64,000 nt of DNA from Octopus sinensis. Taxonomy: Eukaryota. Positions 38,935 to 52,854 of this stretch are shown here, in pieces. The notes under the pieces are model-generated. The model saw only the letters and a program-made list of their open reading frames with translations. It was not told where the DNA came from and did not search any database. Location of the stretch: contig NC_043003.1 of NCBI RefSeq assembly GCF_006345805.1, forward strand, positions 31,682,001 to 31,746,000, written 5' to 3'. The position numbers were made by a program, and so were the translations under genes. Numbering within the stretch: position 1 is the first letter of the stretch; each line of letters opens with the position of its first letter.

Positions 38935-39177
38935 GACTTAGCGGTTTGACAAAGGATATCGATAAAATGACCTAGCGGTTCACCAAACGAGATCGATAAA
39001 ATCATTTAGCGGTTCGGAAACGGGATCGATAAAATGACTGACTTAGGTTCACCAAACTAGATCGATAAAATGACGTAGCGCTTCGCCATACGAGACCGAT
39101 AGAAAGATGTAGAGGTTCGCCGAACGATATCGATATAATGACTTAGCTTTTCGACAAACGAGTCAATAAAAATCTCC
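38935..39177 (-). repeat. Inverted array of the same ~34-bp unit (about 7 copies)
   Basis: For example TAGCGGTTCACCAAACGAGATCGATAAAAT is the reverse complement of the unit at 37765-38680. Confidence 0.92.
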
Positions 39178-39320
39178 TGTGAAGTAGTGCGTTTCTGAAG
39201 CCACGTATATCATGCAGCATTGTTTCCATTGGCAGAAGTACTACTGGAACTCCTTTTCGGGATGGCGTGTAGCTACGTCTTCGTATTCTCTAGTATTCCT
39301 CACTTGAAATTTTGTTTTTT
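39178..39320 (-). mobile_element. Mariner-like transposase C-terminal remnant
   Basis: Minus frame ENTKT*LHAIPEK(E)FQ*YFCQWKQC...HYF resembles the mariner C-terminal 'IP..F..F..W..RW..C...YFEG' pattern. Confidence 0.5.
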
Positions 39321-39394
39321 ACAAGTGGGATGTAATATGTGTAAAGATGCTCGGCCGAAATGACCTTCAGCCCGTGTTTCTTTCCATGCACCTA

Positions 39395-39445
<51 letters not shown>

Positions 39446-39662
39446 ATCTCTGTCTCTCTCTTTCTCTCTGTCTCATATTATCTCTACTATGGTAACTAAT
39501 ACAACCTCTGGGATTTTGATATGAGGCATCACACTCTACACTGTTAGCTTCCAAGCGGTGCTATAACCAAGGGAAGTTCAAGAGATGTAACTCAGCGTGT
39601 ATGCGCGACAGAGTTCAAGATCAATCTGCGCCTCGTGACTTCACTCGGCGTACTTTAGCTCT

Positions 39663-39676
39663 GTTACCCTAGCAAC
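39663..39676. promoter_or_regulatory. RFX X-box-like motif
   Basis: GTTACCCTAGCAAC fits GTNRCC-N0-3-RGYAAC, within a locally CpG-rich patch. Confidence 0.35.
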
Positions 39677-40066
39677 AGCCGCAAACTTATGACAAGACTT
39701 TCTATACTTTCTAATGTGATATTTGAGAAAATATCTGTTAAAATCCAAATAATAACTACAAAATAAAGAAAATTCTTTATTAAGTCACATTGTTACAGTG
39801 TGCAAATTTCGGTTCTCTCCTTACAATACTTTGAGAATAACACACAAATCATATGTGCGTGTGCGTGTGTGTGTGTCTGTGTGTGTAAATGTATGTATTT
39901 ACACACAGACAGACAGAGACAGACAGACAGACAGACACACACACATAAGCATATATATCTATGTTTGTAATTATTCATTAACCTTTGTTCACAATGAGTC
40001 CTGTGCTGTGGCTCCCGCTCTCTCTCTATCTTTCTGTATATATATATGTATATGTATGTTTATATA

Positions 40067-40133
<67 letters not shown>

Positions 40134-40661
40134 ATATATATGTATATGTATATATGTATGTATGTATATATCTGTACGTGTGCCTGCATACCGTTCGTAG
40201 ATGATTGGTTTTCGTTTGATTGTGTAATCTATTTTGTGATATATTGATTCTATACATTTTTCTACCCAACTTGACCCGATACAATTGAAAGATGTTAACT
40301 GAATCATATGATTACTTGTATTTATCTATCTTATATATTTATTCATTCATTCAGTAGCTATTCAGAAGCTTTTCGTATACCTCTTGCTTTGTCAAATCAG
40401 TTGTTTTCCATCTGTTTTATCAATATTTTACTATTTCGCTAGTTCATCGTTCGTATCACTAGTTACACTACATCGCTGGGCACCGAATCATCTGTGTCTA
40501 CATAGAACAATGAATGTTTGAATGAATGAAAAACAAGTCGAATGGTAACAATCAACCAATGTAAACACCACTCTTTTCTACATTACTCTCTCTGTAAAAG
40601 TACATGCACACGCGCACTCTCACTTACACATATACGTGTGAGTATACACACACACGCACAT

Positions 40662-40714
<53 letters not shown>

Positions 40715-40747
40715 GTGTGTGTGTGTGTGTGCGTGTGTGTGTGTTGA

Positions 40748-41115
40748 GTGGCTATGTGGTAAGTAGCTTGCTTACCAAACATATCGTTCCGGGTTCATTC
40801 CCACTGCGTGGCACCTTGGGCAAGTCGCGCAAAACCTTGTGAATGGATTTGGTAGATGGAAACTGAAAGAAGCCCATCGTATATATATATATATATGTAT
40901 GTGCGCATATATGTTTGTGTGTCTGTGTTTGTCCCCCCAACAACGCTTGACAACCGATGGTCGTGTGTTTACGTCCCCGTAAGCTAGTGGTTCGGCAAAG
41001 GGTCCGACAGAATAAGTACTAGGCTTAGAAAGAATAAGTCCTGGGGTCGATATGCTCAACTAAAGGCGGTGCTTCAACATGGCTACAGTCAAATGACCGG
41101 AACAAGTAAAAGAGT
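40748..41115 (+). mobile_element. tRNA-derived SINE (octopus OR/OK-type) with internal microsatellite
   Basis: GTGGCTATGTGGTAAGTAGCTTGC...GGGTTCATTCCCACTGCGTGGCACCTTGGGCAAG head, GGATTTGGTAGATGGAAACTGAAAGAAGCCC core, ...CCTGGGGTCGAT...AAGTAAAAGAGTAAAAAG tail. Confidence 0.88.
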
Positions 41116-41454
41116 AAAAAGGGCAAAAGAGAGTATTCAAGGAGGCTTATGTTTTACAGCGTAGAGTGTTTTACTGAGGATCATATGTGTATTGTAATGG
41201 TTTCGATTTCTGGAGTAAGATGCTTCATTTTCAGTCCAACAGATTTTTTGTGGAGTTCTCTTTCTTTCTACAGTTATTATTCCTCTGATCTTTCGGTGAT
41301 GTATTGCCTAGAGGAGAGTGTGCGTCAATATCTGTAACACTATTCACTAAATCATGTCACAAGTTACCAGGTCGATACACCAACCATTCAACATCAGATT
41401 TGAATCAGATCTTCTGACATATATATATATACATGTATATATACTGCTAATATA

Positions 41455-42402
41455 GGATAAAATTTCTTTCAAAAAAGTTTTTATCAAAGTGGCCAGCATA
41501 TTAAAATACCATTAAAGGTGAAAATTATAAACAATTTATTAACAATATGCTGAGAATAGACTTTAAATCGTCAGTCATTATATACAATTTACATTCACTA
41601 TGAATACACGTCGTGCTGAAAACGAGGAAGGCAACCTAACAGAATTTTGTTTTAAAATTCGTTATCTCTGTATTGAATCAATTTCGGGATTAATCCAACG
41701 AATCATCCCCTCTTCAGTAGAGAATACGATAAGAAATAAATGAAATACTTACAAGCACCCATGGAAAAAAGCAGAAACAAGAGTTATGAGTACACATAAG
41801 TACCTAGTTATATGTAAATACACAATCTTTTAGCATACTTCAGCACACGTGTGACCGGTCACGAACCATTGGCATAGAAATATTTTTTCTTTTGCTCTTA
41901 TTTAGAAATTGTTTATAATTTTCACCTTTAAAGCTATTTTAATATGCTGGCCATTTTGATGGAATTGTTTGGAAACAAAATTTTATTCTATAGTAGAAAT
42001 AAATATATCATTCACTTGGGACTGGTACCCACTCTAATTTGTGGTTTGTGACCGATCACACGTGTGCTGAGGCTTGCTAAAGGATTTTACATTTAGATAT
42101 AACTGGGGTACTTATGTGTACACATGTCTCTTGCTCCTGATTTTTCCATGGTTGATTATAAGTATTTCATTTATTTCTTATCATATTCGCTACTGAAATG
42201 GGGAAAATTCGTTGGATTAATCCCGCAATTGATTCCATATAGAGATAACAGAGATAACGGATTTAAAATCTGTTAGCTTGCCTTCCTCGATTTCAGCACG
42301 ACGTGTATTCATAGTGAATGTATATTGTATATGGTGATTAACGATTTAAAGTCTATTCTCAGCATATTGGCATAGAAAACTTTTTTTCTTTTGCGCTTGT
42401 TT

Positions 42403-42410
<8 letters not shown>
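41455..42410. mobile_element. Non-coding rearranged inverted-repeat element (probable PLE pLTR derivative) with hammerhead motifs
   Basis: 41545-41868 is the reverse complement of 42045-42368, and 41455-41540 of ~41905-41995; a ~40-bp direct repeat at ~41870 and ~42370; (TA)n on both flanks. Confidence 0.75.
41666..41722 (-). ncRNA. Type I hammerhead ribozyme with intact core
   Basis: Minus strand CUCUA-CUGAAGA-GGGGAU...AUCCC-GAAA-UUG AUU CAAU-A-CAGAG: stem II, 4-bp stem III, AUA triplet, stem I with one mismatch. Confidence 0.75.
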
Positions 42411-42469
<59 letters not shown>

Positions 42470-43225
42470 CTGTAACACAGCTCGTTCATACACAAATATA
42501 TCTGAACATCTCAATTCTAATAGTGTATTAGTGAATATAATGCCTTATTATTATATTCCATCAAACCAATTTCTACAAATACTCAAACATGGCCGTCTCA
42601 ATTTTAGTCGTCACTTTAAGAACGGCTTTTAATCAGACCTAGTTAACCATCGGGACCATATACTACTAACAAAATTTCAGCAACAATTTAGACATATCTA
42701 CTTCCCTTTGCATAGGAAATTGAGTCGTCACCAAGAAATTCTATATACTACATCTTCATTCATCTAAAGAAAATAAACGATTTCAAATTAAGATCATACT
42801 TATCCTACATATATATATTTAACTGCCCATACGTAAGTACATATATGCTAAAACAAAGGCTGCAACAGAGTATAAATATGAAATGGATTTGTTGATAACT
42901 TGACATTGCAAAATCTTATAGTTATACACAAACATGCATACACACACATAGACGCATGTACACACATACACATGCACACACATACATATATATAAGGGCG
43001 CGTGCGCGTGTATGTGTATGTATTATCATTCAAAGCATCAACTCCGATTTACAATAATTCTATAACTAGTGTTTAAATCAATTTCCTGATATACAGACAT
43101 GAGTATAATCTTTCTTTCCACTGAAAATATTATTTACTTTTAACACCATAATACAGATCAGTCTCTTTTATAATTTATTACAATGCTTAATTATATTTAT
43201 AGCACTTTATTTGATTCTCTTAACA

Positions 43226-43271
<46 letters not shown>

Positions 43272-46200
43272 ATGCATGCGATTTTATATTCTGCTTCACA
43301 CAAGTTTGTCTTATCTAGAATTTATTTAAATATATTTATCGCAGTTTATATACAGTTCTTAATATACATATGGTTTTGTTTTCTCTTACACACAAGTTTG
43401 TCTCATGTAGAGTTTATTATATAATGATTCGTGTACAAACAAAAATATATAGAAAACTAAAGCTGCAGAGTTTAAAATATCTGAAATACTGTTTACTCAT
43501 CTATTGAAGCAAAACTTTTAGAATTTCCGAATTTCCCACCCTACCCCTCATTTAAATCATCTAAAAGTCTGTATACGCAAAGGTGAAGGTAATGTAAAAA
43601 GCCTAAGCTAAAAGTGTAACCATAAGTATAAAAATTATACATTTTATCGCATTAAACTGTTCTACATTAAACTTTTGGTTCTAAAAATTGATTGAATGGC
43701 AGTCTCACATAAAACATAGTTTATATTCGTATATTAGTATGCAGTATCTCTACTGCAGTTGTATATTTTTAATACTGTCACTGGTATTGCTTTCAATCAA
43801 TCATATTATTAAGGCATCAAAAAGTATAGGTGTTTTATAGTTTCTGAATACGTGAAACGAACGAGTGAGGAAAATTTAATCTAAATTGCGAATTGGAAGC
43901 AGTCGTATGAATAGATAGTAATTCACTTTCATTTCTTTAGCTATTGTACAATATCACATTGGTATTATTATCGATAGCTTTGGTGTAATTTACGCGCAGT
44001 ATCCTGAGATGTCATCTTCTTCCAGAAACCTCTGAATATAGTATAATAGTATAAAACGGTTTCTTTTGTGACAGATTTAAATTTGTGAAACAGAGCATGT
44101 GATCAATTCCGTTCATGATTTCTCATAAAGACTTATCGTTTGGTCTTTGTCTCGGTTTTAAGTTTGGTCGTAGCCGAGGAAAAGGAGGTGGCTAAATCCT
44201 TAGGCATAAAAACGAAGGTCCGGTAGATCACTGTTCTTAAATCCACTGTAACAAGGAACGTCTTTTCATTCATACATTCATAAATGCAAATAAAATGCTT
44301 CAGACAACTGTAGCTTGACACTACAGAATATTATTACTTATCTTAATGATGATGTATGCAACAAGAACATTTTATTAGGGAGCTGAAGCCTATTTATGTC
44401 TTAGTTTTAATTAAAGAATGGTTTCAAAAAATATGCACAACTTCATTTTTGTTAGTTATTGCAGTTGGGTTGAAGTACATACATTCTGTTGATACTGATA
44501 ATGATGATGATTTTTTGTAATTCGATTTCCACCAACCTCAAAGAGTGTGACCTAAGACGATCCTAAACAATTGTATTTCAGTGTTATTGCAAGCTTGCTG
44601 TTTCGTATTTGGCAGAAAGATAAAATAACGGGAAGGAAGGAAAGCTGCAAAATATTTTTCATATTAATCCCTCTGACATGGGATAAATTTTGAGAAACAT
44701 CCGTTAACCACATCCATATTACTCAACTTTCTACTATGAAAGTTACGCTGCAAACCATTTAGTTGCCGTGCTAACTTCTACCATGAGCAATCAGCTGCAA
44801 GACCAAATAAAAGCGGCCACCGTATTCATTCTTGTAAAGTAATTATCGTATTATTAAATCGTCAACTCTTGAATTGAATAATCTGCATTGAGTTAAAATT
44901 GTAGTTTAATTGACATGTATTAATCGCTGTTACTGCTGTTATATTCACTTCTCTTGCAACTTAATATGCTTCTCACTATTTAATGATTCTCTTATAAAAT
45001 CACAATAATTTCAAGTGATTTGAATTGAAATAAGATTCCGATTTTTATTACCCATTAACAAAGTACTCAATGAGTTTTGATAATGGATTCTTCCTGTAAA
45101 AACAGAAATTATTTTATACCGACTGTATAGCAGATTGTTCACGATGACATAAGTAGCCACAATATTGATGGAATGCACTCTAATATTTTTGATATTGTGA
45201 GCTTAGGGTTATATAATGTGATTAAACCACTTCTGATAAGCTGACAAGTAGGCGTATCTATGTATTCCTTTGACATTCGGTTGGAACATTTGCAGATATA
45301 TATATATATATCTATCTCTAATGCCAGACGACTATATGGAATGAATGTACGTCGTGATTCCCTTATAACATTCCTTTATTTCTATGTTTGTTTACCATAA
45401 GTAAAGTCAACTCAATACATAGCTAAATAAAATGAACCAAAGAAGGAAAATGATTCTGCGAGGGAAACAAAACTATGCTCTTACATGATTGAAAATCATG
45501 TTTCCTCTTGATATATCTACTAATCATCATGACGAAAGGTTATCAAGGATATTGCGTACAATCGCAGTCAATGTGTATATAGTTACAGAATATAATTAGT
45601 AGATGGAGTAAAACTGATAGTTAATTTGTTTTATATTTTAAGTGTTGAATTTTGAAGAAGAATTAGCCGAATAGGTATAAAAGACCACATTTATAAAGAA
45701 GAAAGTCCGTGATAAATCTGTTCACTACTATGACGGTTGTGTTAATGAAAGAAATAAATGTAAGTGGATACCTTTGAGCATCATGAAATGATTAAGGACT
45801 AAATAATAATAGCATTTGTGTTGGTTTGTGCAAGTTTTGCAAAATTATCGGCAAAATTATATAGTATATATTGCACAGAGTTTATAATTAAATATAATAA
45901 TTTGTTGAGAGAAATCTTGTCCGAATATTTTAAGATGCCCTTTCGTCGATATCGAGATACATTGGAGTGTGAAATCACTGGTCGATTAAAACCCAGTATG
46001 AAACCCCATATAGGCTAAGGGCAAACTTCACTCATAGTATGACTGCCGCTCTTCACAGAGGCAATGAATTTATATGTCCAGAATACAAGCATTGCCTGGG
46101 AATTTTAAAAGGCAATATCTCTCACTCAGCCTCCATAGTATGACCAGCGAAGCAAAGCAGTAAGTTTGGATTCCATTTGACTGCAGGTATTGCAAAACGT

Positions 46201-46776
46201 GTAAAGGCTCAAAAAGATCAACTAGAAGGGACCCGACTCCAAATTTTATTAAGTCTTGTCCACCCTATTAGGAAAAGAACTATTGTCAGTTACTGTCAGT
46301 TACTGCAAACCACTACGAGAAGTGTAATTCATAGAGCTAATCTAAACAATAAAATAGGGAGAGCATCTAAGGTGAAATTATTACATGTGCTATAATAGCA
46401 GCTTTCTTATATGTTTGGAGATACTGTACGTCATATTGCCTAATGAAGACATTTTTCCCGATATATAATGTCACCATGTTGAACGTTGCGTAGGTAAATA
46501 GGATGTACCGACATTTTTGTTAAGTTTTCGAACTTTTCAAGGCAACATGAAGTATCATATATTTCCTATTGAATATCATATTATTTTCTGAATTATATTA
46601 ACTGGCTTTCGTAGTTTTATGTTTCATATTTATAATTAAGAATAATGCAACTTGCACGTGGAAGATCAGTAGAATAACGATATGTTAATCTAATAAAATG
46701 ATTGCTCTTATTTTACTATATGTAAGCTTAGTGGAATCATGGGATGCTTCAGTCGTTATCGATAATTATGTTTATA

Positions 46777-46986
46777 CGAGGGAGTGTTCAAAAGTTCTTG
46801 AATTTAAGTGTCGCAAAAGGCCTGGGTAGAGCCCCAACTTTCCAAGATCTTTTGCAGAGCTTAGAAAAGCTGAAGGACTGTGACAGTATGTTAATCTGAG
46901 AGGGGAATATGTTAATTAAAATCCTAATTAACTGATACTCCTGTATTTTATTCTACCTAAACCAAGAATTTTTCAGCATTCGCTCG
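46777..46986 (+). mobile_element. Mariner-derived MITE (internal-deletion derivative)
   Basis: TA-CGAGGGAGTGTTCAAAAGTTCTTG ... CAAGAATTTTTCAGCATTCGCTCG-TA; the interior retains KYVNLRGEYVN* (mariner C-terminus-like). Confidence 0.8.
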
Positions 46987-49569
46987 TAAAGTTTGTCCGA
47001 AACTCTTTCACATTAAGGAACATCTTGTTAGATTTCCTTATGATAATAATTTGGATTTTCCAACGATTTTTTCTTCTACTAAATATTGCTTTGACTGAGA
47101 GAACCAAAGAGAACTACATATTGCCGTTTAATTTTTCTGAAAATAGCTTTACTGTTATATAAACTGACAGCGAGGTTAAATGGGAACCAGTGACACTTCT
47201 TTATGTTTTCCAACGGTAATTGGATCATTAAGAAATGAATGTTGCGAAATATCTTTCTGTTAACCAGTGTATAAATAACACCGTTGGAGAATCTAAATCT
47301 ATTGAATGTCTGTTCCTCCAACTTACAAGATGCTTATCTCTAGCACCACCGGCCTTTCTAGGGAAATCACTATCACTGTTTCACCTGGCTGTTCATTGGT
47401 TGTGTTGTAGAAGTGTGTTATAATCGATGGAATTCAGGGCCATTGAGCAAACAAACCTGAGGACTTATCGAAGACGTATAAATCTAAACTGAGCACCATC
47501 GTTAGTTATAGTTTCTATCAACTCAGTAAAATTTGAAGAAAACTTTTAGTGTTGATGTATATATGAAAGTCTTGCTGCTTTAATATTAATTAAGCTCTTC
47601 CTTGCAGAAATGATATTAATCACAGTTTCGATCTACTAATATATTTTAGTGAGCCACTCAAAAATAATAATAGGGATTATTCATATTTAGGCATACACTG
47701 ACAAAATAATCACTGAAATAACATCTTTGAATGACCTCAGTGTATTACTGGTATTTTAACTTCTTCGAACTGATGAAAGACCATATTGATCTCCGCAATA
47801 TTTGAATAGAAAACAAAATTAAATATAAAAGATAATACTTTACTCAACCTAGCTTTTATCTCCCTACTTTTGATAGACAACAGTACCACAGTTCAAACGT
47901 TGTCCATTATATTTCGGATATTTTAATTATGGCAAATCAATTCATTAATTATACTTTGACATTTATTAAACCTTGTCACTGCGAAGTAAGCATCATTTGA
48001 TGATTTCGTGTAAGTAAGTTAGTGATGCGTGAGTTAAATACTGTACTGAACATTAAATGATCCTGAGAAACGTCACTGTTCAATTTACTAATTGCTCATT
48101 TCCTCTCCTTGCAATAAATGTGAATTTATTCCCCCTCAGAGATACCGGTCCGAACATTCAGAAATGCAGCAAGTGAAAAATTAAAACGATCATAATTACA
48201 TAGTTACCAATTGTAGTTAAGCATTAAACAGCTACAGCTGGTTGAGTCGCAGAAGTACCAAGGGTAAGATTTTGAGTCAGTTTATTTGTTAATTTATTTG
48301 TGTATCACCGTTTTAATGATAAAAATATTTTGTTGTCATTCAATAATTTCACTTAGTTTTAACGTAGATGCGGTCGACAATTCTACCTGAATAACTGTGT
48401 AGCTGGCGGGTTTCTTTAAAATGTGTGCTTCAAAAACTTCGATAGTAACTCTGGAAAACATCTTTGATGCGCCCAAAACAAAAAGGCAGTGTTACCGAAG
48501 AAAAGTTTCTTTACCTTTTATCCAAAATAAAACTCCCATGCACTTGCTTACGCAGAATAGAAGGAAAAGCTTGATAATGAACTCGCATATAATCTCTAGA
48601 AGCCAAAAGTCTACGATATTTATCAAAGAATTTTACTAAAGATATTGGATAAAAATAGCGCTGGTTTTTCACAATTTCAAAAATTGAATTACTGGAATTT
48701 TAGGATTCTTCCTAGCAGGGTATTCTTTAAATGGTATCCGTATGAATGATGCGGTGGAAAATACACTGGAGTATGTTTAGAGATGGTAAAATTCATAATG
48801 TTCGGATTGGTCAATATGAGAGATTTTTGCAAAGGTTAACTATAAGATTATAATGTTAGAGCTAAAGTACTAGACTCTCTGATAACCAACGGCTCACACG
48901 AACGCACACGCACATACACACATAAAATCACACTCACACACACACACACACGCACACAAAAGAAAAAGGAACATGTAGACATCTTAGTGATTGAAGAGAT
49001 GCTGTCATGAAACCGCCCAACAATAGTTGTTTCGGTTGAAATCCCCTATCGCACCCAATACGGATTATACCTGTGATGTTATTTTATAATATTTTGATGA
49101 GTTCGGAAAAAATGATTGAATCGCGAGCTTGGTGTTTAGAGTTAGCATCGAACATCCAATGCTACGTCAGCATATAATGTTGAATTAATCCAGAAACCGC
49201 TAGTACATTTTGAAGTAAGTGTCCTGCTAGGTTACACCCTAGTAGGCAAAATTCATAATCTGCCGTACGATTTTTATTCGCTATGGTAACTCTAGTTTTT
49301 CGCGCACATCTTGATTGACTTCATCAATGCTTGCCTCACACCGGAGGCATCTTAATAATGTGATTACAAAAAGAGCTTTTTCCCATTGAAATTTTAATTA
49401 GCGATTTCCAGCACCACTCGTAGCTACATATGAAAACTGGAAACAGAATTTCTGACTAATTGTGCTATAGTAAGATAGGCATTGCACTTGACGATGAGAA
49501 GCGAAATGGGGATATCTCTAGGTGCAGATTGTGGTTTTCAGCGTCAGGTATGGTTAAATAAGAGAACAC

Positions 49570-49621
<52 letters not shown>

Positions 49622-50215
49622 TATACATATACAGACTTCCTCTTTTATGTTTTCTTAGTGTAATGTCAACATCCTTCTTTTTCAGCTGATCATTATTATC
49701 GTTGTTGCTTTGGTTATGTTGCTATTGATGTGAATTTTGCTGTTTTCATATTTATTAAATGAAAGATTCTTCTTAATGTGGATCAGTTTCAAACAGAATA
49801 CCATCTGAACGAGTGGACCTTTATGACAATAGAATAGGTAGAAAATTTTCTGTTGGTACACATTATTATTTGCATTGCGTGTTTTTACATATATTGCAGT
49901 ATAACATTTGATTCAGGGGGAGCCAGTGAAGGCCTCTCCTAAGTAACATTGAACAAAGTTTACCAAAAGAAAATCAAAGAAAAAAGGAAGAAAACAAGCG
50001 AAAAACCATGATAACGCAAGCAGAATGATAGGCACATGAATAAATATGCCATATGAATAGCTAACCCAATTCAATGAATAAAAACATATTTACATGCTAC
50101 AAGCAAAAGTAATATCGACATTAATAAACGTACGAGGAAAAAGAGGATTAACTATTTATCTGCCCGATGAGAAACATAAAAGATAAAGTTCATCAATGTA
50201 TAGCTCAAGTAAATA

Positions 50216-50445
50216 CAGCAATCCCTTGACTATCGCGGGTGTTACGTTCTAAACGATATAGGTGAAAATCCACAAAGTAGAAACAGTACTAGACTGTAAT
50301 TTTTTTTTATGATTTTCATAATTTGTATATATTTATTTTATTATAAATGCAAAACAACGCCTTAAAGTAAACAGCGTAATTTAAAATAATAAACCAGCAT
50401 AGGTGAAACGCGATATGAGAACCGCGATGTGCCGAGGGATAACTG
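50216..50445. mobile_element. pogo/Tigger-type MITE
   Basis: TA-CAGCAATCCCTTGACTATCGCGG ... CCGCGATGTGCCGAGGGATAACTG-TA; imperfect TIRs and TA TSD. Confidence 0.75.
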
Positions 50446-51139
50446 TACTTGCTTACATAAGGCAAAGATATAATTGGGATAGAGTCGATTTAGTAGAAGT
50501 ATAAAAGGTAAAAAAATGTGTCAGAATCGAGGAGAACACAGTTTGGCGAGACACTTCATGTCGGTCAGTTAAGTTCAATTTCTTCAGAAGCGGTCAAAGA
50601 TTATGTAGTAGTAGAAGATTCTTCCAAATAAAACAATGCGGATTGTGAGCTTCACTGAATTTTGTAGCAATTAGTATTGATTGTGGCTTAAGCATTTTCT
50701 AGCCCTGAAATGCAAAGTTGCATCTTTGCGACGAGTATTTACTATGCGAAGATGCACAATGCTGTGAAGAAATATTTTGCGAAACATGCGGTACTATGTT
50801 TCTAGGAATATACATATATTTTTTTTCAAAATAACCAAATGCTATGAATAACAAAGAGGTAATTCTCTCTTTTACTATAAGAATATCATTTTTACACACA
50901 TATAACATATAAGTCCTAAAAATAAAATGCACTCCTAAAATATTTCTTGACATATCACACATCCCTAGTATACATACATAATACAGGAAAATTTACTGAA
51001 AATACTAATTATAAACAATATATATATCAGTAGCTATAAAACACTACGATTATATATATATATACTTCTTTAACCTATTAATCTAGATAAGTGTACACAC
51101 AACCACATACAAGTGTGCAAGCGCGACGTAAAAAAGCAA

Positions 51140-51175
<36 letters not shown>

Positions 51176-51179
<4 letters not shown>

Positions 51180-52245
51180 GCTGGTGTACCCGGTAATTCC
51201 CGGGAGTAAAGATGTTCTATTGAAACGCCTTAGTACTCTAATATAAGAAAATTTCGTTGTAATTGCCACAAAAGTACAAAAAAGTACGAAAATGTACAAA
51301 AAACTGTCAGCTAGAGGAAGGTGACATTGTTGTAGGTTGGCGTTAGAGGTTTTCGGAGGTTGGCGAGAAAGAGGTTGTCGGAATTTGGCGAGAGGCAAAG
51401 ACATTATTCTGCTTAGCGAAGGCATCTGGGAAATGTGTATGTATAACTGCCGTCATTCACAGAAAAACTATTGTTTTACCGTGAGAAAAGCGCTGTTGAA
51501 ATATTAAGTGAAATTTGGCAATCGAGGATTAAATCCACGCTATGGTTGCATGAAGCAACTACAAATACATTGTGGAATTAAAAATGTATCTACAGTCATG
51601 GAAAAAGTGTAACTGTAAAAATGCAGAATTATTGGAGTAATGGGTATTCAAAAATGATGTATGTATAGAAATGCATGAATGAAGTCTATAATGTTTAATA
51701 TTCAAATTAAGGAAGTATAATAATAATGTTTAGCAGTTCAAAACTGTGACTAGTGAAATGCAGAATTAGGTTGGCTGATCGTGAGAATCAAATAATAATT
51801 GATTCGCTAAAATCTGCAGGTGGTGTGGGTTATTTCCCTCGGGTTGTTTAAATAAAATATTAGTAATATGTAGTAGATAGATGGATCCATTTGGCCATAT
51901 CATCGATTTTTTCAACTATCTAAGTATGTCACGAGGTTTCCAGACAAGAATTCTACTCACATGTCCAATAAAGTGTAAAGGTGATATTGCCTACAAAAAT
52001 TAGAAAGAGGACACAAAAAAATCAACATTCAAAGTAATCGTACAGAAACAACGAATGGGTTATTTAACTTGAGTGTTTAAAAAATATTGTAAAGGTGCTA
52101 TGGGTTATTTCCCTTGGGTGTTTAAAAAATTAGTTATATGAGGTCGATATAAAGGTCTCTTCCAGTGGTCGTATTATCGATTTTTTCAACAATCTATGTA
52201 TGTCGCGAGGTTTCCAGAGGTAATTCTCTCTTTTACTATAAGAAT
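51176..52245 (+). mobile_element. Probable non-autonomous Helitron-like element with an internal ~270-bp duplication
   Basis: Starts after (TA)n with TAGCTGGTGTACCCGGTAATTCCCGGG (subterminal hairpin); the block GGGTTATTTCCC...ATCGATTTTTTCAAC...GAGGTTTCCAGA occurs at ~51826-51950 and ~52100-52220. Confidence 0.45.
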
Positions 52246-52340
52246 ATCATTTTTACACACATATAACATATAAGTCCTAAAAATCAATAAAACGATGTAG
52301 GAAGAGTTAGCTAACAACGCAACAAACACACCGATTTTAG

Positions 52341-52403
<63 letters not shown>

Positions 52404-52443
52404 ATAATGCATGTGTTAATATGTATGTATGTATATATATATG

Positions 52444-52481
<38 letters not shown>

Positions 52482-52524
52482 TATATATATTTATAATAAG
52501 TGTAGATCGTATACGAGTGGGTGT

Positions 52525-52854
<330 letters not shown>

